From: a virus | Taxonomy: Duplodnaviria; Heunggongvirae; Uroviricota; Caudoviricetes | Reading direction: 5' to 3' (one strand) | IMG/VR virus record: IMGVR_UViG_2534682108_000003 | Location: 1 to 33,127 of that record | DNA length: 33,127 nucleotides | Part shown: piece by piece, positions 17,465 to 28,708 of the stretch | How the letters are laid out: every line of letters starts with the position of its first letter | Position numbering within the stretch: the stretch's first letter is position 1 | Translations under genes and position numbers: made by a program | The notes under the pieces: generated by a model | Database searches by the model: none | Seen by the model: only the letters and a program-made list of their open reading frames with translations | Told to the model about the DNA's origin: nothing

Positions 17465-17868
17465 TCTCCGGCGATCGTTAAAAAATCAAAATTGACTTTA
17501 AATACCTTGTCCATTACCTGACGAATGGTTGATACCTCTTCAAAGTCGACAGGCTTCACGGTTCGCACCTGTCTGCTGCCTTCGTGTGTAATCACAATTT
17601 GCACAGTTGACATCAGGCGATCACGAAGTTTTCTGGCGACTTCCGGCGATGCAGCAGAAATAACATTCAGACCAAGGGTGGCAAGGCCAGCACACCCCAT
17701 GGCAATCACATCAGCAGGGATACCAGAGAATCCCGATTCCCCCATGGAGCGGAATAAATCCTGTGCCAGTTCGTCGGCATCCCATGCCGACATCTCTGTG
17801 ATAATGAACTCTTTCCCATTGTCGCGATTATCGTCTTCCACGATAAAGGGGATTTCTTTACGTGCCAT
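17461..17868 (-). CDS. tail assembly chaperone
   Basis: 135-aa acidic ORF immediately downstream of the tail tube gene; context-based. Confidence 0.4.
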   Translation of the reverse strand: MARKEIPFIVEDDNRDNGKEFIITEMSAWDADELAQDLFRSMGESGFSGIPADVIAMGCAGLATLGLNVISAASPEVARKLRDRLMSTVQIVITHEGSRQVRTVKPVDFEEVSTIRQVMDKVFKVNFDFLTIAGE

Positions 17869-18302
17869 CAGATAGTGCTCCGTGTTACAGACTCAAAGTG
17901 AAATACTGCCGGGCGTGGTTGCAGTACGCGCCGACCCGGAGGGGTTGGAGTCCATGTATAAAGAACCCCGTTCACAAAATTCCACTTCGCGCCGAGAGCT
18001 GGAACTGTAAGCACCGCATTACACTGAAACGCTGAAATTGCGGTTCTCTCCGCTGCATACCAGTCATCAATCAGCGAGCCAGCATTGGATGTTGGCATCA
18101 GGTTGATGGTGAACTCTGTCGGGTTAAAGATAAAACCAGCATGGTATTTACCGTCCGCTGACATCATGTCTTCTTTGTTCTGTAACGCACCAGTTTCAAA
18201 CATGTTATCAGCTGCGTAGTCGTCAACATCAAAACCGCCAGGGTAGTAAGCGGGCACGACGATTCGCAGCTTACTGTTTGCCGAGGTAATATCGATAGGC
18301 AT
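17868..18302 (-). CDS. tail tube protein
   Basis: 144-aa ORF directly downstream of the sheath gene; size and context. Confidence 0.55.
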   Translation of the reverse strand: MPIDITSANSKLRIVVPAYYPGGFDVDDYAADNMFETGALQNKEDMMSADGKYHAGFIFNPTEFTINLMPTSNAGSLIDDWYAAERTAISAFQCNAVLTVPALGAKWNFVNGVLYTWTPTPPGRRVLQPRPAVFHFESVTRSTI

Positions 18303-18313
18303 GATTTATTCCC

Positions 18314-19804
18314 TTATAAAATCGCGGTTGAGGACATTGTGATGGACTGAATAATTTGCCCATCGACATAATAAAAAATGACACCTTTCAGGTCGCGCTC
18401 AATGCGTGCAGAGCCTGACTGTGTCGGGATGTACAGGAACCAGCCCTGTGAATACAGCGTCGATGAGATATCTTTTCCAACTGTGTTATTCACAATTCTG
18501 GTTTGCGCATTATCAAGTTTCACGCCACGCTGAATAGCCCCGAAATTGAGAGCCTGTTCAGCAACATCAATAACAGCGGCAGACACTGCGCCGTATCCTG
18601 TCTCATTGAACGGGTAAGACTGGTTATTGGTGAACAGGTTGGCAAAAGCACTAACCAGATTGGCATTAATCCATACCTGATTAATAAAACTGTCCAGCCA
18701 TACAAACTTGCCAGTAATGGCACCATCAGATGCGTACTGCGCCATTGTTTTGTTCAGGCTGTATGATCCGTAGAAGTTGTAACCGTTTGACTTCAGTGCC
18801 TGAGAGGTCGCCAGATCTCTGACGTTGGGTGCTAACCCTGAAAATCCACGGAACTTGAACGAGATACGCCCATTGGTGCGTGCAAAATCCACGGATGCAG
18901 CATATGCCAGTGCTGTAACGCTATACAGGTATGTTCCGTACACCGGAAAAATGTTCTCGTAGCCATTTGCCACAACCACTTTCTGCACAAAGCAATTGGC
19001 ATTATTTGCTACCGTTCCTGCTGAGGTGGTGTCGTGAACAACATATCCAAACCGGTTTTTACTGCTGCTTGCCCATGCGCACAATTCTGTTTTCTGGTCA
19101 TCGGTCAGTTCGACCAGCGAGTTAAACAGGATCCAGTTCTGGTTGACGTTGATGATGTTATTCATCGTATCTGTCAGCGTTACCGCATCAGAACCCGGTG
19201 ATACAATCGCTGCGGAATCCTGCGTCAGTAATAACCCGGCAGCCAGAGCGCCAGCAGAGGCATAAGACACTTCACTCTCTGCGCCAGTAGTGGCAGAGCG
19301 AATGATGAATCGGTTAGCGATTGGCAACCATTCAACCACCACCTTGCTTGCACCAATTCCAACCTGCAACTTGGACGCAATATCACTAAAACTTGTGGCT
19401 GTGGACAAATCAATTGATGTGCTGGTAGTCGACTCACCGTCAATGGAAAGGGTGATTGTTCCTGCTGGAATAGCTTTCAGTGTTGCCAGGGTAACACCTT
19501 TCAGGTTGCCGGACAGAAGATACCCAGCCACTGGTGAAGTAACAATACGATACATCAGCAGTTCACCAGGAATAACAGATGAGTTTTCGTATCCGTTAAA
19601 ATACTGTTGTGCTGCGAGGAATTCTTTCGATTCACTCCCCATCAAAGCTGATACATCAGATGAGGAGTAATAAGATTGTACCGCGCCAACCGGGATAAGC
19701 TCGTTATCGGTCAACATCAGGCCGTTAGCATCAACCGCAGAACCGGCAGGCGTAACGACATTGGGCGTGATATTAAAATCTACAGATAAAGGAATTGTGC
19801 TCAT
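18314..19804 (-). CDS. contractile tail sheath protein
   Basis: 496-aa ORF followed by a tube-sized gene; size and gene order typical of myovirus sheath. Confidence 0.65.
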   Translation of the reverse strand: MSTIPLSVDFNITPNVVTPAGSAVDANGLMLTDNELIPVGAVQSYYSSSDVSALMGSESKEFLAAQQYFNGYENSSVIPGELLMYRIVTSPVAGYLLSGNLKGVTLATLKAIPAGTITLSIDGESTTSTSIDLSTATSFSDIASKLQVGIGASKVVVEWLPIANRFIIRSATTGAESEVSYASAGALAAGLLLTQDSAAIVSPGSDAVTLTDTMNNIINVNQNWILFNSLVELTDDQKTELCAWASSSKNRFGYVVHDTTSAGTVANNANCFVQKVVVANGYENIFPVYGTYLYSVTALAYAASVDFARTNGRISFKFRGFSGLAPNVRDLATSQALKSNGYNFYGSYSLNKTMAQYASDGAITGKFVWLDSFINQVWINANLVSAFANLFTNNQSYPFNETGYGAVSAAVIDVAEQALNFGAIQRGVKLDNAQTRIVNNTVGKDISSTLYSQGWFLYIPTQSGSARIERDLKGVIFYYVDGQIIQSITMSSTAIL

Positions 19805-20316
19805 GGGCGGTTATCCACCTGTTCAGTTGAAATTTCTGCTTTGTCGAAATAGTCCTGCTGGAACGACACGGTGATGTGTGCTTGCAGGGAAAGAGTTAAC
19901 GTGTAACGCTCCTGCCACTGACTCTCGGCGTTGATCATCGGCGCCTGAATGGCAGGAGATGAGTAAAGCGGCGCAAGCCGTGCATCAATAGCCTTGATGA
20001 TGTCGTAGCCATATCCACTGGTGAATGTTGTTTCCAGTGCAATAGCTCTATCCCCTGCACCCTGACCATAGATATCTACCTGAATATCAGCCTGGCGAAC
20101 TTCCGTATATCCCATGGCGCTTGTGTCCGGAGAGCCGGTATCTTGTTTAAGCTCTCTCGTCGTGGATAGTCTGGTGAATCGCAAAGGGGTCAGGATGCAG
20201 AACTGATCTTTGGGCATTGGTACACGGTTAGCCTGAGCCTGCAGGCATTTACCAGCGATAGGTTCTATGTAGCCAGCAAGTACATCGATAATATTATCGA
20301 CAGTGAAATCATTCAT
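19801..20316 (-). CDS. tail completion / neck protein
   Basis: ATG at 20316 overlapping the upstream stop (ATGA); context between head and sheath genes. Confidence 0.35.
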   Translation of the reverse strand: MNDFTVDNIIDVLAGYIEPIAGKCLQAQANRVPMPKDQFCILTPLRFTRLSTTRELKQDTGSPDTSAMGYTEVRQADIQVDIYGQGAGDRAIALETTFTSGYGYDIIKAIDARLAPLYSSPAIQAPMINAESQWQERYTLTLSLQAHITVSFQQDYFDKAEISTEQVDNRP

Positions 20317-20690
20317 GGGCTTACCTGCAACACGGCAATCAGCCGGCACCAGTCAGGCCACAACTCTATTGGCTCAACAACAAGCCATTGTTCCCCGTTA
20401 ATCACGAAGATATCTCCGCCCTGCTCCAGTTCTCGCTGCACACTGAAGTAATTACCATTGACGTAAATCACTTTTGCCAGCCCCTGAATATTCAATCCAT
20501 CGACGTGTTGCATGTCGCCGCGACTGATTGGCTGTAGTTGAATGGTAACGTTCTGGTCAGGGAGATAAGACGGAATCGGCTTGCGACCGGGGCCGATAGT
20601 TTCACCTGCATACTTTTTCAGGATTGCCGGGATGTTGGGGTTAATGCTTGTGATCGCGTTATTGGCTATCTGTCGAAGATTCAATTTCAC
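20313..20690 (-). CDS. head-tail joining protein (hypothetical)
   Basis: 125-aa ORF; track start at 20690 is a GTG; context only. Confidence 0.3.
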   Translation of the reverse strand: MKLNLRQIANNAITSINPNIPAILKKYAGETIGPGRKPIPSYLPDQNVTIQLQPISRGDMQHVDGLNIQGLAKVIYVNGNYFSVQRELEQGGDIFVINGEQWLVVEPIELWPDWCRLIAVLQVSP

Positions 20691-21225
20691 CTACCTCATA
20701 ATCAATAGCCCTTAACATGTCCCCGGTCCATATGAGAGGCTTGTTGTTGCTCATATCAACATCAACCTTTTTCACCGGGCCGAAATAGCCCGGACCACCA
20801 AAAACATCTTCTCTGGCCTTCACTACATCCCACTTGGTCATTTCCGCCCTGTTATTAGGGAATCTACTTCTTAGAAGTACTGTTACCGGGCTTAATGGCG
20901 GCTCTTGAATAGTTCGAATGGAATCCTGAATGTCTGCTTTTATGATCTCGCCGATAAGATTCAGAACAGTATCCGTATCTCCGTCATGCGATTTCATGAT
21001 CTTTTCGACCTTTTCTGACCACTCTTCAGATTTAGAAGCTATAGCATTCCTGAAGAATGGCCTTGGCGGACTTCCACTTGCCGGGTTACCAAATTCGTTA
21101 GATGCTGCAACCATTGGCATAGAAGTACCATCTGGATAGGTGGTATCTTCAAGAAACCCGACCTTCAATTGCTTTGAGGACAACTCACTACCAACTGAAT
21201 CAAGGAACTCCATCACCTTATTCAT
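20659..21225 (-). CDS. virion morphogenesis / head completion protein
   Basis: 188-aa ORF, ATG at 21225 overlapping the upstream stop; context only. Confidence 0.35.
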   Translation of the reverse strand: MNKVMEFLDSVGSELSSKQLKVGFLEDTTYPDGTSMPMVAASNEFGNPASGSPPRPFFRNAIASKSEEWSEKVEKIMKSHDGDTDTVLNLIGEIIKADIQDSIRTIQEPPLSPVTVLLRSRFPNNRAEMTKWDVVKAREDVFGGPGYFGPVKKVDVDMSNNKPLIWTGDMLRAIDYEVGEIESSTDSQ

Positions 21226-21656
21226 CAGTACCTCCGGTAATACCCATACGGGTAATTTGATGGAGAATGCCCGCTTATATACTGGAAGGTGCGAAACGGC
21301 GCCGTAGCATTCCAGTAATCAGCCCCGTACTTTGTTTGCATGTACCATGCTGAATTTGCTGTTCCCCCTGGCATATCGGCATGAACGCTAACCGAACCCT
21401 CTGAAGCACTGTCGATTCTTCCAACCAATCCGGATGGAGACTGCCCATTCGCTCCTGAATACAAACAGGCGATATGGGCAACCAGCATATTCAGCAGCAT
21501 TGAGCGTACAGCCAAATCCGACACACGACTTGTGTCTGTGTTATCGAGATAAATGGTTGCTTGCGTGAAATACTGCTGAAGAAGTGCGTCGTCGACGGAT
21601 GAGAATTCAGGATAGCGTAGCTTAAATGCGGAGGGGTCAAATATTACGACGCCCAT
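21225..21656 (-). CDS. head-tail connector protein (hypothetical)
   Basis: 143-aa ORF in the head-tail junction block; context only. Confidence 0.35.
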   Translation of the reverse strand: MGVVIFDPSAFKLRYPEFSSVDDALLQQYFTQATIYLDNTDTSRVSDLAVRSMLLNMLVAHIACLYSGANGQSPSGLVGRIDSASEGSVSVHADMPGGTANSAWYMQTKYGADYWNATAPFRTFQYISGHSPSNYPYGYYRRY

Positions 21657-21668
21657 TTGCTGCTCCTG

Positions 21669-22016
21669 CTATTTTTTGTCAGCCTTTTTTACGCCAGGGG
21701 CCGGATTTTCCGGGTCAATGCCTTCGAGGCCAGTTTTTGATTCTTTCAGATCTTTACCCTGCGCATTCAGACTGCGAATATCTTTCTGAATGAAGATTGC
21801 ATTGTTCTGAATATACGCGGCATCCTTATAGGTCTCGATGAACTTATCCATGAAGTCTTTCTCGACCATGGTAACTCCGAAAGCCCCCTCAGGAATTGCA
21901 CCATCAAGACCACGGAGGGCGGTTGTTGCCGCCCCGTTCAGGATTACTGTTTTGCCATCCAGAGTTACCTGAAGGCCATTTGGCAATTTGCAGCCAACGC
22001 TTACCATTTCTGCCAT
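21669..22016 (-). CDS. small head-associated protein (hypothetical)
   Basis: 115-aa ORF directly downstream of the major capsid gene. Confidence 0.35.
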   Translation of the reverse strand: MAEMVSVGCKLPNGLQVTLDGKTVILNGAATTALRGLDGAIPEGAFGVTMVEKDFMDKFIETYKDAAYIQNNAIFIQKDIRSLNAQGKDLKESKTGLEGIDPENPAPGVKKADKK

Positions 22017-22019
22017 GAA

Positions 22020-23060
22020 TTAAACTCCCAACATGCTTGCAAATGCCAGCGGCTGGCGAATGATTGCGCCCCAGGTGCCACCGGTTTTCTTTTGTTTATA
22101 CGCGGACAGATCAACAACAACCGGATGCGCACGCATTTTTTCGGTAAATGCGCAGTAGCCGGTGTCCTGACCATCCAAATCGTCGGCGATCAACTGAACC
22201 AGTTCGCCGGATTCGGTTTTGTACTCGACAGCAGTAACAACGCGCAGGTTCGGGAAGTTTTTCTTCAGCTGATCAGACACGTTGACGTTGTACATGTTGG
22301 TCTTGGTCAGATTTGCTTCTGACTCTGGACTCATCGCCAGCGTCATCTTGCTGTCTCGCTCAACGTACCCCTTGGTCTGCTTCACTAACTGCATGTAAAG
22401 CGCCTGGATATCGTCATACACCGCCTGACCGTCTTTGGTTGCCCAGGTGGTTCCGCCGCTCGCACCAGTTGCACCCGGGGTGATTGATGCCGGAAGGTTA
22501 GGGTCATTCAGAATGCCGTAGTTCTTCAGGCCAGCAACGCCGAAGAAGTAGGACTTGTTCTGAAACTTATTCAGGGTCAGCGCAGAAGCAGTATTCAGTT
22601 GTTGAGCCCATGCAATGCGGCCTTCACCGTAACGGTCAAGTTCCAGCTCACCCCACTGAGTAATGGTCTGGTACAGATAGGACTCACGAGCAACCCAGTT
22701 GACGTTAGCATTTACCTGCCCATTATTGTTGTAGTCACCATAACTGGAAACCTGACCCGTTGATTCCACAACCGGGAATTGTGCGGTCATGGTGGTCCAG
22801 TCTCCCTTCTTCGTTTCCCCCAGAATTTCCACCGCTTTCATCGGAGTGACAAGGATGCGAATCAGTTCCGGGTCAACGTAATTAGTGAAGTACCATGGAA
22901 TGCCAGAGTTGCTGGTTGTTACCAGTGAAGGCTGAGAGTCCATTGCATAGGAATAGCTATTAGCAACAGCATCCGTCAGATAGGCTTTGGCTTCCGGAAG
23001 GATTACACCGTAATCTCGCTCAGCCATAGCTTTATGTTGTAAAAATTCTGCGTTATTCAT
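22020..23060 (-). CDS. major capsid protein (candidate)
   Basis: 346-aa ORF following the scaffold and a small head protein gene; size and position. Confidence 0.55.
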   Translation of the reverse strand: MNNAEFLQHKAMAERDYGVILPEAKAYLTDAVANSYSYAMDSQPSLVTTSNSGIPWYFTNYVDPELIRILVTPMKAVEILGETKKGDWTTMTAQFPVVESTGQVSSYGDYNNNGQVNANVNWVARESYLYQTITQWGELELDRYGEGRIAWAQQLNTASALTLNKFQNKSYFFGVAGLKNYGILNDPNLPASITPGATGASGGTTWATKDGQAVYDDIQALYMQLVKQTKGYVERDSKMTLAMSPESEANLTKTNMYNVNVSDQLKKNFPNLRVVTAVEYKTESGELVQLIADDLDGQDTGYCAFTEKMRAHPVVVDLSAYKQKKTGGTWGAIIRQPLAFASMLGV

Positions 23061-23063
23061 GTA

Positions 23064-23543
23064 TTAGCTCCAGGTGCCCATCTGAATCAATTCGCCAGCC
23101 TCGCCAGCACTGCCAACAACAAATTTTGTTTCAACGTAATCCGAGATTGACGCCCCGGCATCGCCAGCGGTAATGGTTCCATCTGACAGTTTGGCGAAAA
23201 TCTTCTGCCCTACGGTTGCCGCACCGGCAGTTTTCACCCAGTAGTCGCCAGCAGTCATCAATGTCATCTGAACTCCAGGCTGAATAGTCATAGATGATTC
23301 ACCAAGCCATGTGGTGACAGACGCCTGCCCTTCCCGATGAACGAAACCGGCAGGAGCACCGGTTCCAGTGTTATTGACAACACCATTGCTTACCCATGCA
23401 AAGCGACCAACAACAACCCCATTTGCACCGGCAACAAGAGCGCCCTCACCTGCAAGAAGACTTGCTTTAGGGTTAGCCGAAGCGAAATCCCCTTCAACTC
23501 CAGGCGCCTGTTGCTGATTAATTACACTTTGAAAGCCACTCAT
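23064..23543 (-). CDS. small Gly/Ala-rich head protein (decoration or cement candidate)
   Basis: 159-aa ORF between scaffold and capsid genes. Confidence 0.35.
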   Translation of the reverse strand: MSGFQSVINQQQAPGVEGDFASANPKASLLAGEGALVAGANGVVVGRFAWVSNGVVNNTGTGAPAGFVHREGQASVTTWLGESSMTIQPGVQMTLMTAGDYWVKTAGAATVGQKIFAKLSDGTITAGDAGASISDYVETKFVVGSAGEAGELIQMGTWS

Positions 23544-23546
23544 TTC

Positions 23547-24773
23547 TTAGCTCCGTTTCAGTTTAGTTGCGCCAGGAAATGCCTTGGCGAAAGAATTGGT
23601 TGCAGCAGAATCCATCCCCATACCATGAGATGGTTTGCGAACTACCGCTTTCTGGCTGATAGCAAATTCAACCATCGATTTAAGTGCTGAAGGATGAACG
23701 CCTTTATGTTCGGCACCGATTGAATCAAGAGCAAAGCGATAAATAGACTCTGCGGAATCCATAGCGATCAGACTCACATCACCAACCAAAGCACGAACAC
23801 ATTCTCGAGCCTCATTGGCTTGACGGATACGCCCCATCACATTCTCTTCAGCTTTTCGAATTAATGCGGCATCCATAGCTGCTTTATTCTCATCATCGTC
23901 TTCATCCTCGGCAGTCTTTTTATCCTTGCCGTCATCATCTTCGTCTTCCGCTTCTTTGCGGTCACGATCGCGATCCTTTCGCTCACGTTCTTCACGCTCT
24001 TTTAGTTCATCCTCTTCACGTTTCAGACGCTCTGCTTCTGACTCATTATCTCTCTCAGCCTGCGTGGCTTCGTCTTCAACAACCTTTTGCACTTTCTTTT
24101 CCACTTCTTCTGGCTTCTCATCACTGGCCAGCATCGGCGTGATAACTGCCATCAACTTTTTAGTAAGTTCTGACATTGATTTCATTCCTGTTGGTATTGA
24201 ATCCCCGACAACAACGTCGGATCCGGCTCTTCCCTCTGTTACGAGAGCAACGTGGTTCCCGACGATATCGCGCATTACACCATCGTATGGCTGGCCTTCA
24301 TGCACGCCGGGGGTCATGTCAGCTACATATCTGTAGGCCGACGAAAGTTCTTTCTTCTCGTCTGTCTCGATTCCAGCGATAGAATCTGCGTCCCATACGA
24401 CAAGCGAGTTCTTGAGATAAGTCCCGTCAAACTCAGCATCAGTACCAGTAGAACCAACCACAGCCATCTTCTGAGGGTCTGAAGCAGTAACCGGAATGTG
24501 TTCGTTAAGGAGCGGGATGTTGTTGAATGTAGATGCTGCTTTGGCTAACTCTTTCGGGTCGCGAAGCAGGTAGTAAACTTTGTCAGGCTGTAAACCTAGC
24601 GATCTGTAATTAGGGATTTCACGCCCATAATAAGGGCAAACGTTAGCCTTACTGATTGGCGTCACTTCGATATGCAAACGCCCATCCTTATCAAAGGAGC
24701 GCACCGTTGCCTTGTCGAATGCCAATCCGTGATATCCCCATTGCCAGTCGCCTTTAACTTTGCGTAATGGCAT
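23547..24773 (-). CDS. head scaffolding / prohead protease-like protein
   Basis: 408-aa ORF with a highly acidic, Glu/Asp/Arg-rich central segment ([28 protein letters not shown]) typical of scaffold proteins; position between head morphogenesis and capsid genes. Confidence 0.5.
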   Translation of the reverse strand: MPLRKVKGDWQWGYHGLAFDKATVRSFDKDGRLHIEVTPISKANVCPYYGREIPNYRSLGLQPDKVYYLLRDPKELAKAASTFNNIPLLNEHIPVTASDPQKMAVVGSTGTDAEFDGTYLKNSLVVWDADSIAGIETDEKKELSSAYRYVADMTPGVHEGQPYDGVMRDIVGNHVALVTEGRAGSDVVVGDSIPTGMKSMSELTKKLMAVITPMLASDEKPEEVEKKVQKVVEDEATQAERDNESEAERLKREEDELKEREERERKDRDRDRKEAEDEDDDGKDKKTAEDEDDDENKAAMDAALIRKAEENVMGRIRQANEARECVRALVGDVSLIAMDSAESIYRFALDSIGAEHKGVHPSALKSMVEFAISQKAVVRKPSHGMGMDSAATNSFAKAFPGATKLKRS

Positions 24774-24793
24774 GCTTTTACCTTTCGGCAGGC

Positions 24794-24816
24794 AATAAAA
24801 AAGCCGCAGTAGCGGC
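24794..24816 (-). terminator. hairpin plus T-run inside the late gene cluster (candidate internal terminator)
   Basis: On the minus strand GCCGCTACTGCGGC is followed by TTTTTTATT; lies between the head morphogenesis and scaffold genes. Confidence 0.3.
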
Positions 24817-24907
24817 CATTATTTCCTCTTGGACATAGCTATTTTCAGTAGTGCAATCATTAAGCAACCAAAAATCAACACTAATCCCAGAGACCATAAA
24901 ACCTCAA

Positions 24908-25726
24908 TCATTTTCTATCTATCCCAGGGATAACAGGAGACCACGTACAACGGCAGTTGATAGCCTCTCCCGGCAGCACCCATTCACCATCGAGATACAG
25001 CCCTTTATCGAGGTCGAACTCTTTACCGTCAGCTTTCACATGGGATGGCCTTGGCTGCTTCCCGGCGTGTGAGTGACGCCAGATTCCTTTGGTGATTCCT
25101 AACTTCTTCTGCCGTTCAGACTGAATTACCGCTGTAGCTTTGTTGTTCTGGTCGCGTGCAATCGTCTCAGCGCGTCTGCGTGTAATGCCATATCGCTTAA
25201 CCAGTTCATCAGTGAGATAGCCAAGGTCACGACCACGGCTGACAGACTGCATGACCATCGTCTCCACCTGCGTGTGATATTGCTCAGGTATCGACTTAAT
25301 CAGGTTTACGTTCTCATTGATAACCGCCTGCATCGTGTCCTTAAGCTCATCATTCATGGTGAACTTAACGGTAAAGCCAGCAGTTTTTAATGCAGAGTGA
25401 AGCGAAACATCAGTGTTGCGCAGCGTCTTATCGACGAAGCGATCTGCCAGTTTCTTGGCAAGCTCATTGAACTTGCTTTCCCACTGCTTTCCGAGCTTAG
25501 CCAGCCTGCGCTTTAACTCATCCGCCGGACTGGCATCCATCGCCATGCTGTCTTTGTATGCAGCCTCAAGCCAGTACCGGTAAGACTTATTCATCTCACT
25601 GACCAACTTGAGAAGCTCAGAGCGATACCACTCATGAACTCCGGCGTTAGCTCTGACTGGACGAAGGGTTTTCCGGGTCTTCGAATCCTTCTTCGATGGA
25701 CTCGTTTTCGTACTCTTCTTCGTCAT
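24908..25726 (-). CDS. head morphogenesis protein (Mu gpF / SPP1 gp7-like)
   Basis: 272-aa ORF directly downstream of the portal gene; C-terminal NCRCTWSPV motif, which I recall as characteristic of this family. Confidence 0.6.
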   Translation of the reverse strand: MTKKSTKTSPSKKDSKTRKTLRPVRANAGVHEWYRSELLKLVSEMNKSYRYWLEAAYKDSMAMDASPADELKRRLAKLGKQWESKFNELAKKLADRFVDKTLRNTDVSLHSALKTAGFTVKFTMNDELKDTMQAVINENVNLIKSIPEQYHTQVETMVMQSVSRGRDLGYLTDELVKRYGITRRRAETIARDQNNKATAVIQSERQKKLGITKGIWRHSHAGKQPRPSHVKADGKEFDLDKGLYLDGEWVLPGEAINCRCTWSPVIPGIDRK

Positions 25727-27182
25727 ATTCAGATTCCAACATGTGGTATGGGCTGGCCTTATCCGACTGGCGCATGCTTCTTATTGCATCAAGGTCGAAC
25801 ACGCCAGCTTCGGCATAGTTCTTATCAGCCTCAGACTGATGTTTCATGATCTCGGCTTTCTCTGCTTCTGTAAGCTCGTACAACGGCAGGAATTCAAAAT
25901 CAATGTCAGGGTCAATCTCGCCAAATTCATTCAACTGGATAACATCCAGCACTGTTTTCAGCGGCACCCTGAACAGATTCTCCTGCATGGCGTGTATTGA
26001 GTCATAGAAGACGCGGATTTCGCCATCAGATGAAGCGTTTAGCCCGTTAGGAGTGATGCCAAGGAGCTTAACCAGAGGAATGCTTGATACCGATGCCATT
26101 TGTTCCTGCGCTTGCGCCTGAAGAGCATCTACTCCGGACAGACTTGTCACAAACTGGAAGAATTCTTCTTCATCCTTATCAATAAGGAACATTCCGCGAT
26201 TGTCGCGAACCTTATTAAAGAGCTCGGCACGCATAAACAGGTTTGGGTCTGCAATTCCAGACAAGGCATTCTGCATGTTCGTCTTCAGCCCATGGACCAC
26301 AAACGAATGAACCAGATCGCTCACGCTGTCACGCGTTCTCAACCAGTTCTGCACGTATGGCTCAGCCATCTGACTCAGCGACAAGCCGCCGAAGTTGTAC
26401 GCCGCTTTGAGAATGTCTGGCACCTGGCGAGAAATCATTGTCAACATACGGCTGGCGTGAACAGCACGCCCCATGACATACCATTCAGATGGATTGAAGA
26501 AATCAGGACTGAGAGGGTTATCAGCGTTATACACACCAGGGTATGTCCACATGGCCTCGATAACACGGAAACCATTCAGGCTTCCTTTGGTAATCTTGCG
26601 CGGGCTGATATAGAGCTTCTTATCCAGTTCGTCGGGAACCAGCCAGGCTGAGTTACCGCTTGGCGTCTTCACGTCGATATAAATCTGTCCGCGCCCGAAG
26701 TAACCATCATGTTCCGCCGCCTCGCGAAACTTCTCTCGCACTCTGAAACGCTTTAATGCGTCGTCAAGCTGACGAATCTTATCGGCCTTGTCGTCACCAT
26801 CGCCTTTACCTACATGCTTCAGCTCAATCCATTTTCGCGTCATCTCTTCTGCTATCGTGCCAGTAATCTTGCGATACTCCGGCAACTGAGCAAGTTGAGA
26901 CAGATATGGGTAGCCAGGAAATCCACCGTAGCCATATGAGGTGATGTTTGCTGAGTTAAGGTAACTGTACGGCGTGGAGTCCATCGCCAGAACTGACTCC
27001 CCAATATGTTCAGGAATAACGCCTGGCGGGGGTACGTATCTCTCAATTATACGCAATGCCTCGCCTTCATTTTTAATTCGCTCCTGTTCGTTAATAATCG
27101 CAAGAACATTCGCCAGAGACATTGGCTGTTTCGCCTCTTCTTTCTGAGGCTCAGATTTTTTCTTTCTCAAAAAATTAAACAC
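25647..27182 (-). CDS. portal protein
   Basis: 511-aa ORF immediately downstream of terminase large subunit, acidic C-terminus; gene order. Confidence 0.6.
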   Translation of the reverse strand: MFNFLRKKKSEPQKEEAKQPMSLANVLAIINEQERIKNEGEALRIIERYVPPPGVIPEHIGESVLAMDSTPYSYLNSANITSYGYGGFPGYPYLSQLAQLPEYRKITGTIAEEMTRKWIELKHVGKGDGDDKADKIRQLDDALKRFRVREKFREAAEHDGYFGRGQIYIDVKTPSGNSAWLVPDELDKKLYISPRKITKGSLNGFRVIEAMWTYPGVYNADNPLSPDFFNPSEWYVMGRAVHASRMLTMISRQVPDILKAAYNFGGLSLSQMAEPYVQNWLRTRDSVSDLVHSFVVHGLKTNMQNALSGIADPNLFMRAELFNKVRDNRGMFLIDKDEEEFFQFVTSLSGVDALQAQAQEQMASVSSIPLVKLLGITPNGLNASSDGEIRVFYDSIHAMQENLFRVPLKTVLDVIQLNEFGEIDPDIDFEFLPLYELTEAEKAEIMKHQSEADKNYAEAGVFDLDAIRSMRQSDKASPYHMLESEYDEEEYENESIEEGFEDPENPSSSQS

Positions 27183-28708
27183 TATGCGAGCCTCAAAAGG
27201 TCTTCAGATATACGTAACGGACCATTGCCATTTTTCATCTCATCGATGGCATCCATCATCGGATCAAGCTGGTCGTCGTGCGTATTGAAATCAGGATTAA
27301 TGGCTTCCATCTCAACGAGGAAGTCGTTGATGAATGGTGCGCTGCTGGGCAACTTGATGTAACCGGACTCGATATAACCCTGTACGTCCATCAGTCGTGT
27401 GTACTTATCCTTATCGCGCTGAATTGCTTTGATGGGGCATATCGCTTTTTTACGGATGTTCTGTATCAGGCCTGTGCCAGATGACTTGTCCTCTATCGCC
27501 ATGTGGCGAAGCGGCCCATTCTTCAGAGTTTTGCACTTTTCCCAGAATGCAACAGCACGGCGTTGTAATTCATCGGCCTCCCATTTACCGCGAATCATAT
27601 CGATCAGATAGATGTACCCGTCAGTACCAAGCCCCCAGTGCTCGAATACTGAGAAGTCGTTGACCTCTTTTGTTTTCTGTGCGGTGTCTCCATAGACGGC
27701 ACGCCATTGCATGGGAGGGAGTACCGAATATTCACCAAACCATTCAGACTTAATAATCCCCCCGCCTTTGGCGGTTGGTCGTTGCTGATAAAGGGCATTC
27801 CATACAAGAGAACCGCGCTGTTTGCACTTCTCTACGAACTCTCTCGGCATGCGCTCAGGAAACAGAATTTCACCGGGATTGCGCAGTCGATACACATTAC
27901 CGTTGAGTTCATGAATCTCTTCCTTTTCAGCCTCCATTGGGAAGCTAACTACGCGCCAGCGTTCCCCGCCCTCTTCAGCTAGTTTTAATAACTGTCCGGC
28001 GAGATCGTTTTGATGCCAGCGTGTCAGGATGATGACAATTCCGTTTATCTTCGGGTCAACACGAGTGAAGAATGTCGTGTCATACCAGTCCATCACCGCT
28101 TCCTGGTAAGTTGGAGACGATGCGGTTTTGTAATCTTTCGCGGGGTCATCAATAACCCCAATGTTCATACCCTGCCCGGTGATGCCACCGTTAACACCAG
28201 CAGAACGATATGAGCCGCCGTGTAGTTCGCCTTTGGCATCAACTGGTTCCCATAGCTCGGTTTTGTTGATGCCTCCCGCCAAACTGCGTCCTGAGGGTAT
28301 TTTCACGTCAGGGAAAACATCAGCGTACTTATCAGAGGTGATAATGCGTTTAACGTCACGGCTCATTCGGTCTGACAGGTCAGAAGAATATGAGCACGAG
28401 ATAATGTTCCATGATGGATGCTGTCCTAACACATACGCTGGGAAGCGGCGAGAGCACAACTCACTCTTTCCTGAGCGCGGAGGGGCAAACACCATTAGCC
28501 TGGGCATGTTTCCGGCTTTAACTTCATCCAGAAAGTGATCCAGCTCAGCACAAAGCAGCTCGTTAAACCAACCTGTTTCGTATTGCGGATTAGTGTACAA
28601 AGTGAAATCGAGAAGGCTTTTTCTTGCTGATCGGATAGCCAACTCTTTGTGCAACTCATAAATCTGAGCGTTTCGATTCAAGCTGATTGGAGCGCCTGCC
28701 ATTACCAA
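27182..28708 (-). CDS. terminase large subunit
   Basis: 508-aa ORF; N-terminal ATPase P-loop-like region (VFAPPRSGKSE) and C-terminal nuclease-sized domain; overlaps the small subunit gene upstream. Confidence 0.75.
   Translation of the reverse strand: MVMAGAPISLNRNAQIYELHKELAIRSARKSLLDFTLYTNPQYETGWFNELLCAELDHFLDEVKAGNMPRLMVFAPPRSGKSELCSRRFPAYVLGQHPSWNIISCSYSSDLSDRMSRDVKRIITSDKYADVFPDVKIPSGRSLAGGINKTELWEPVDAKGELHGGSYRSAGVNGGITGQGMNIGVIDDPAKDYKTASSPTYQEAVMDWYDTTFFTRVDPKINGIVIILTRWHQNDLAGQLLKLAEEGGERWRVVSFPMEAEKEEIHELNGNVYRLRNPGEILFPERMPREFVEKCKQRGSLVWNALYQQRPTAKGGGIIKSEWFGEYSVLPPMQWRAVYGDTAQKTKEVNDFSVFEHWGLGTDGYIYLIDMIRGKWEADELQRRAVAFWEKCKTLKNGPLRHMAIEDKSSGTGLIQNIRKKAICPIKAIQRDKDKYTRLMDVQGYIESGYIKLPSSAPFINDFLVEMEAINPDFNTHDDQLDPMMDAIDEMKNGNGPLRISEDLLRLA

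Noticed and set aside
23926-24336. Plus-strand 136-aa Ser/Arg-rich ORF
   Set aside because: Lies antisense to the acidic Glu/Asp/Arg-rich repeat region of the scaffold gene; low-complexity shadow ORF with no start context.
26100-26651. Plus-strand 183-aa ORF
   Set aside because: Entirely antisense within the portal gene; the minus-strand gene has the coherent operon context.
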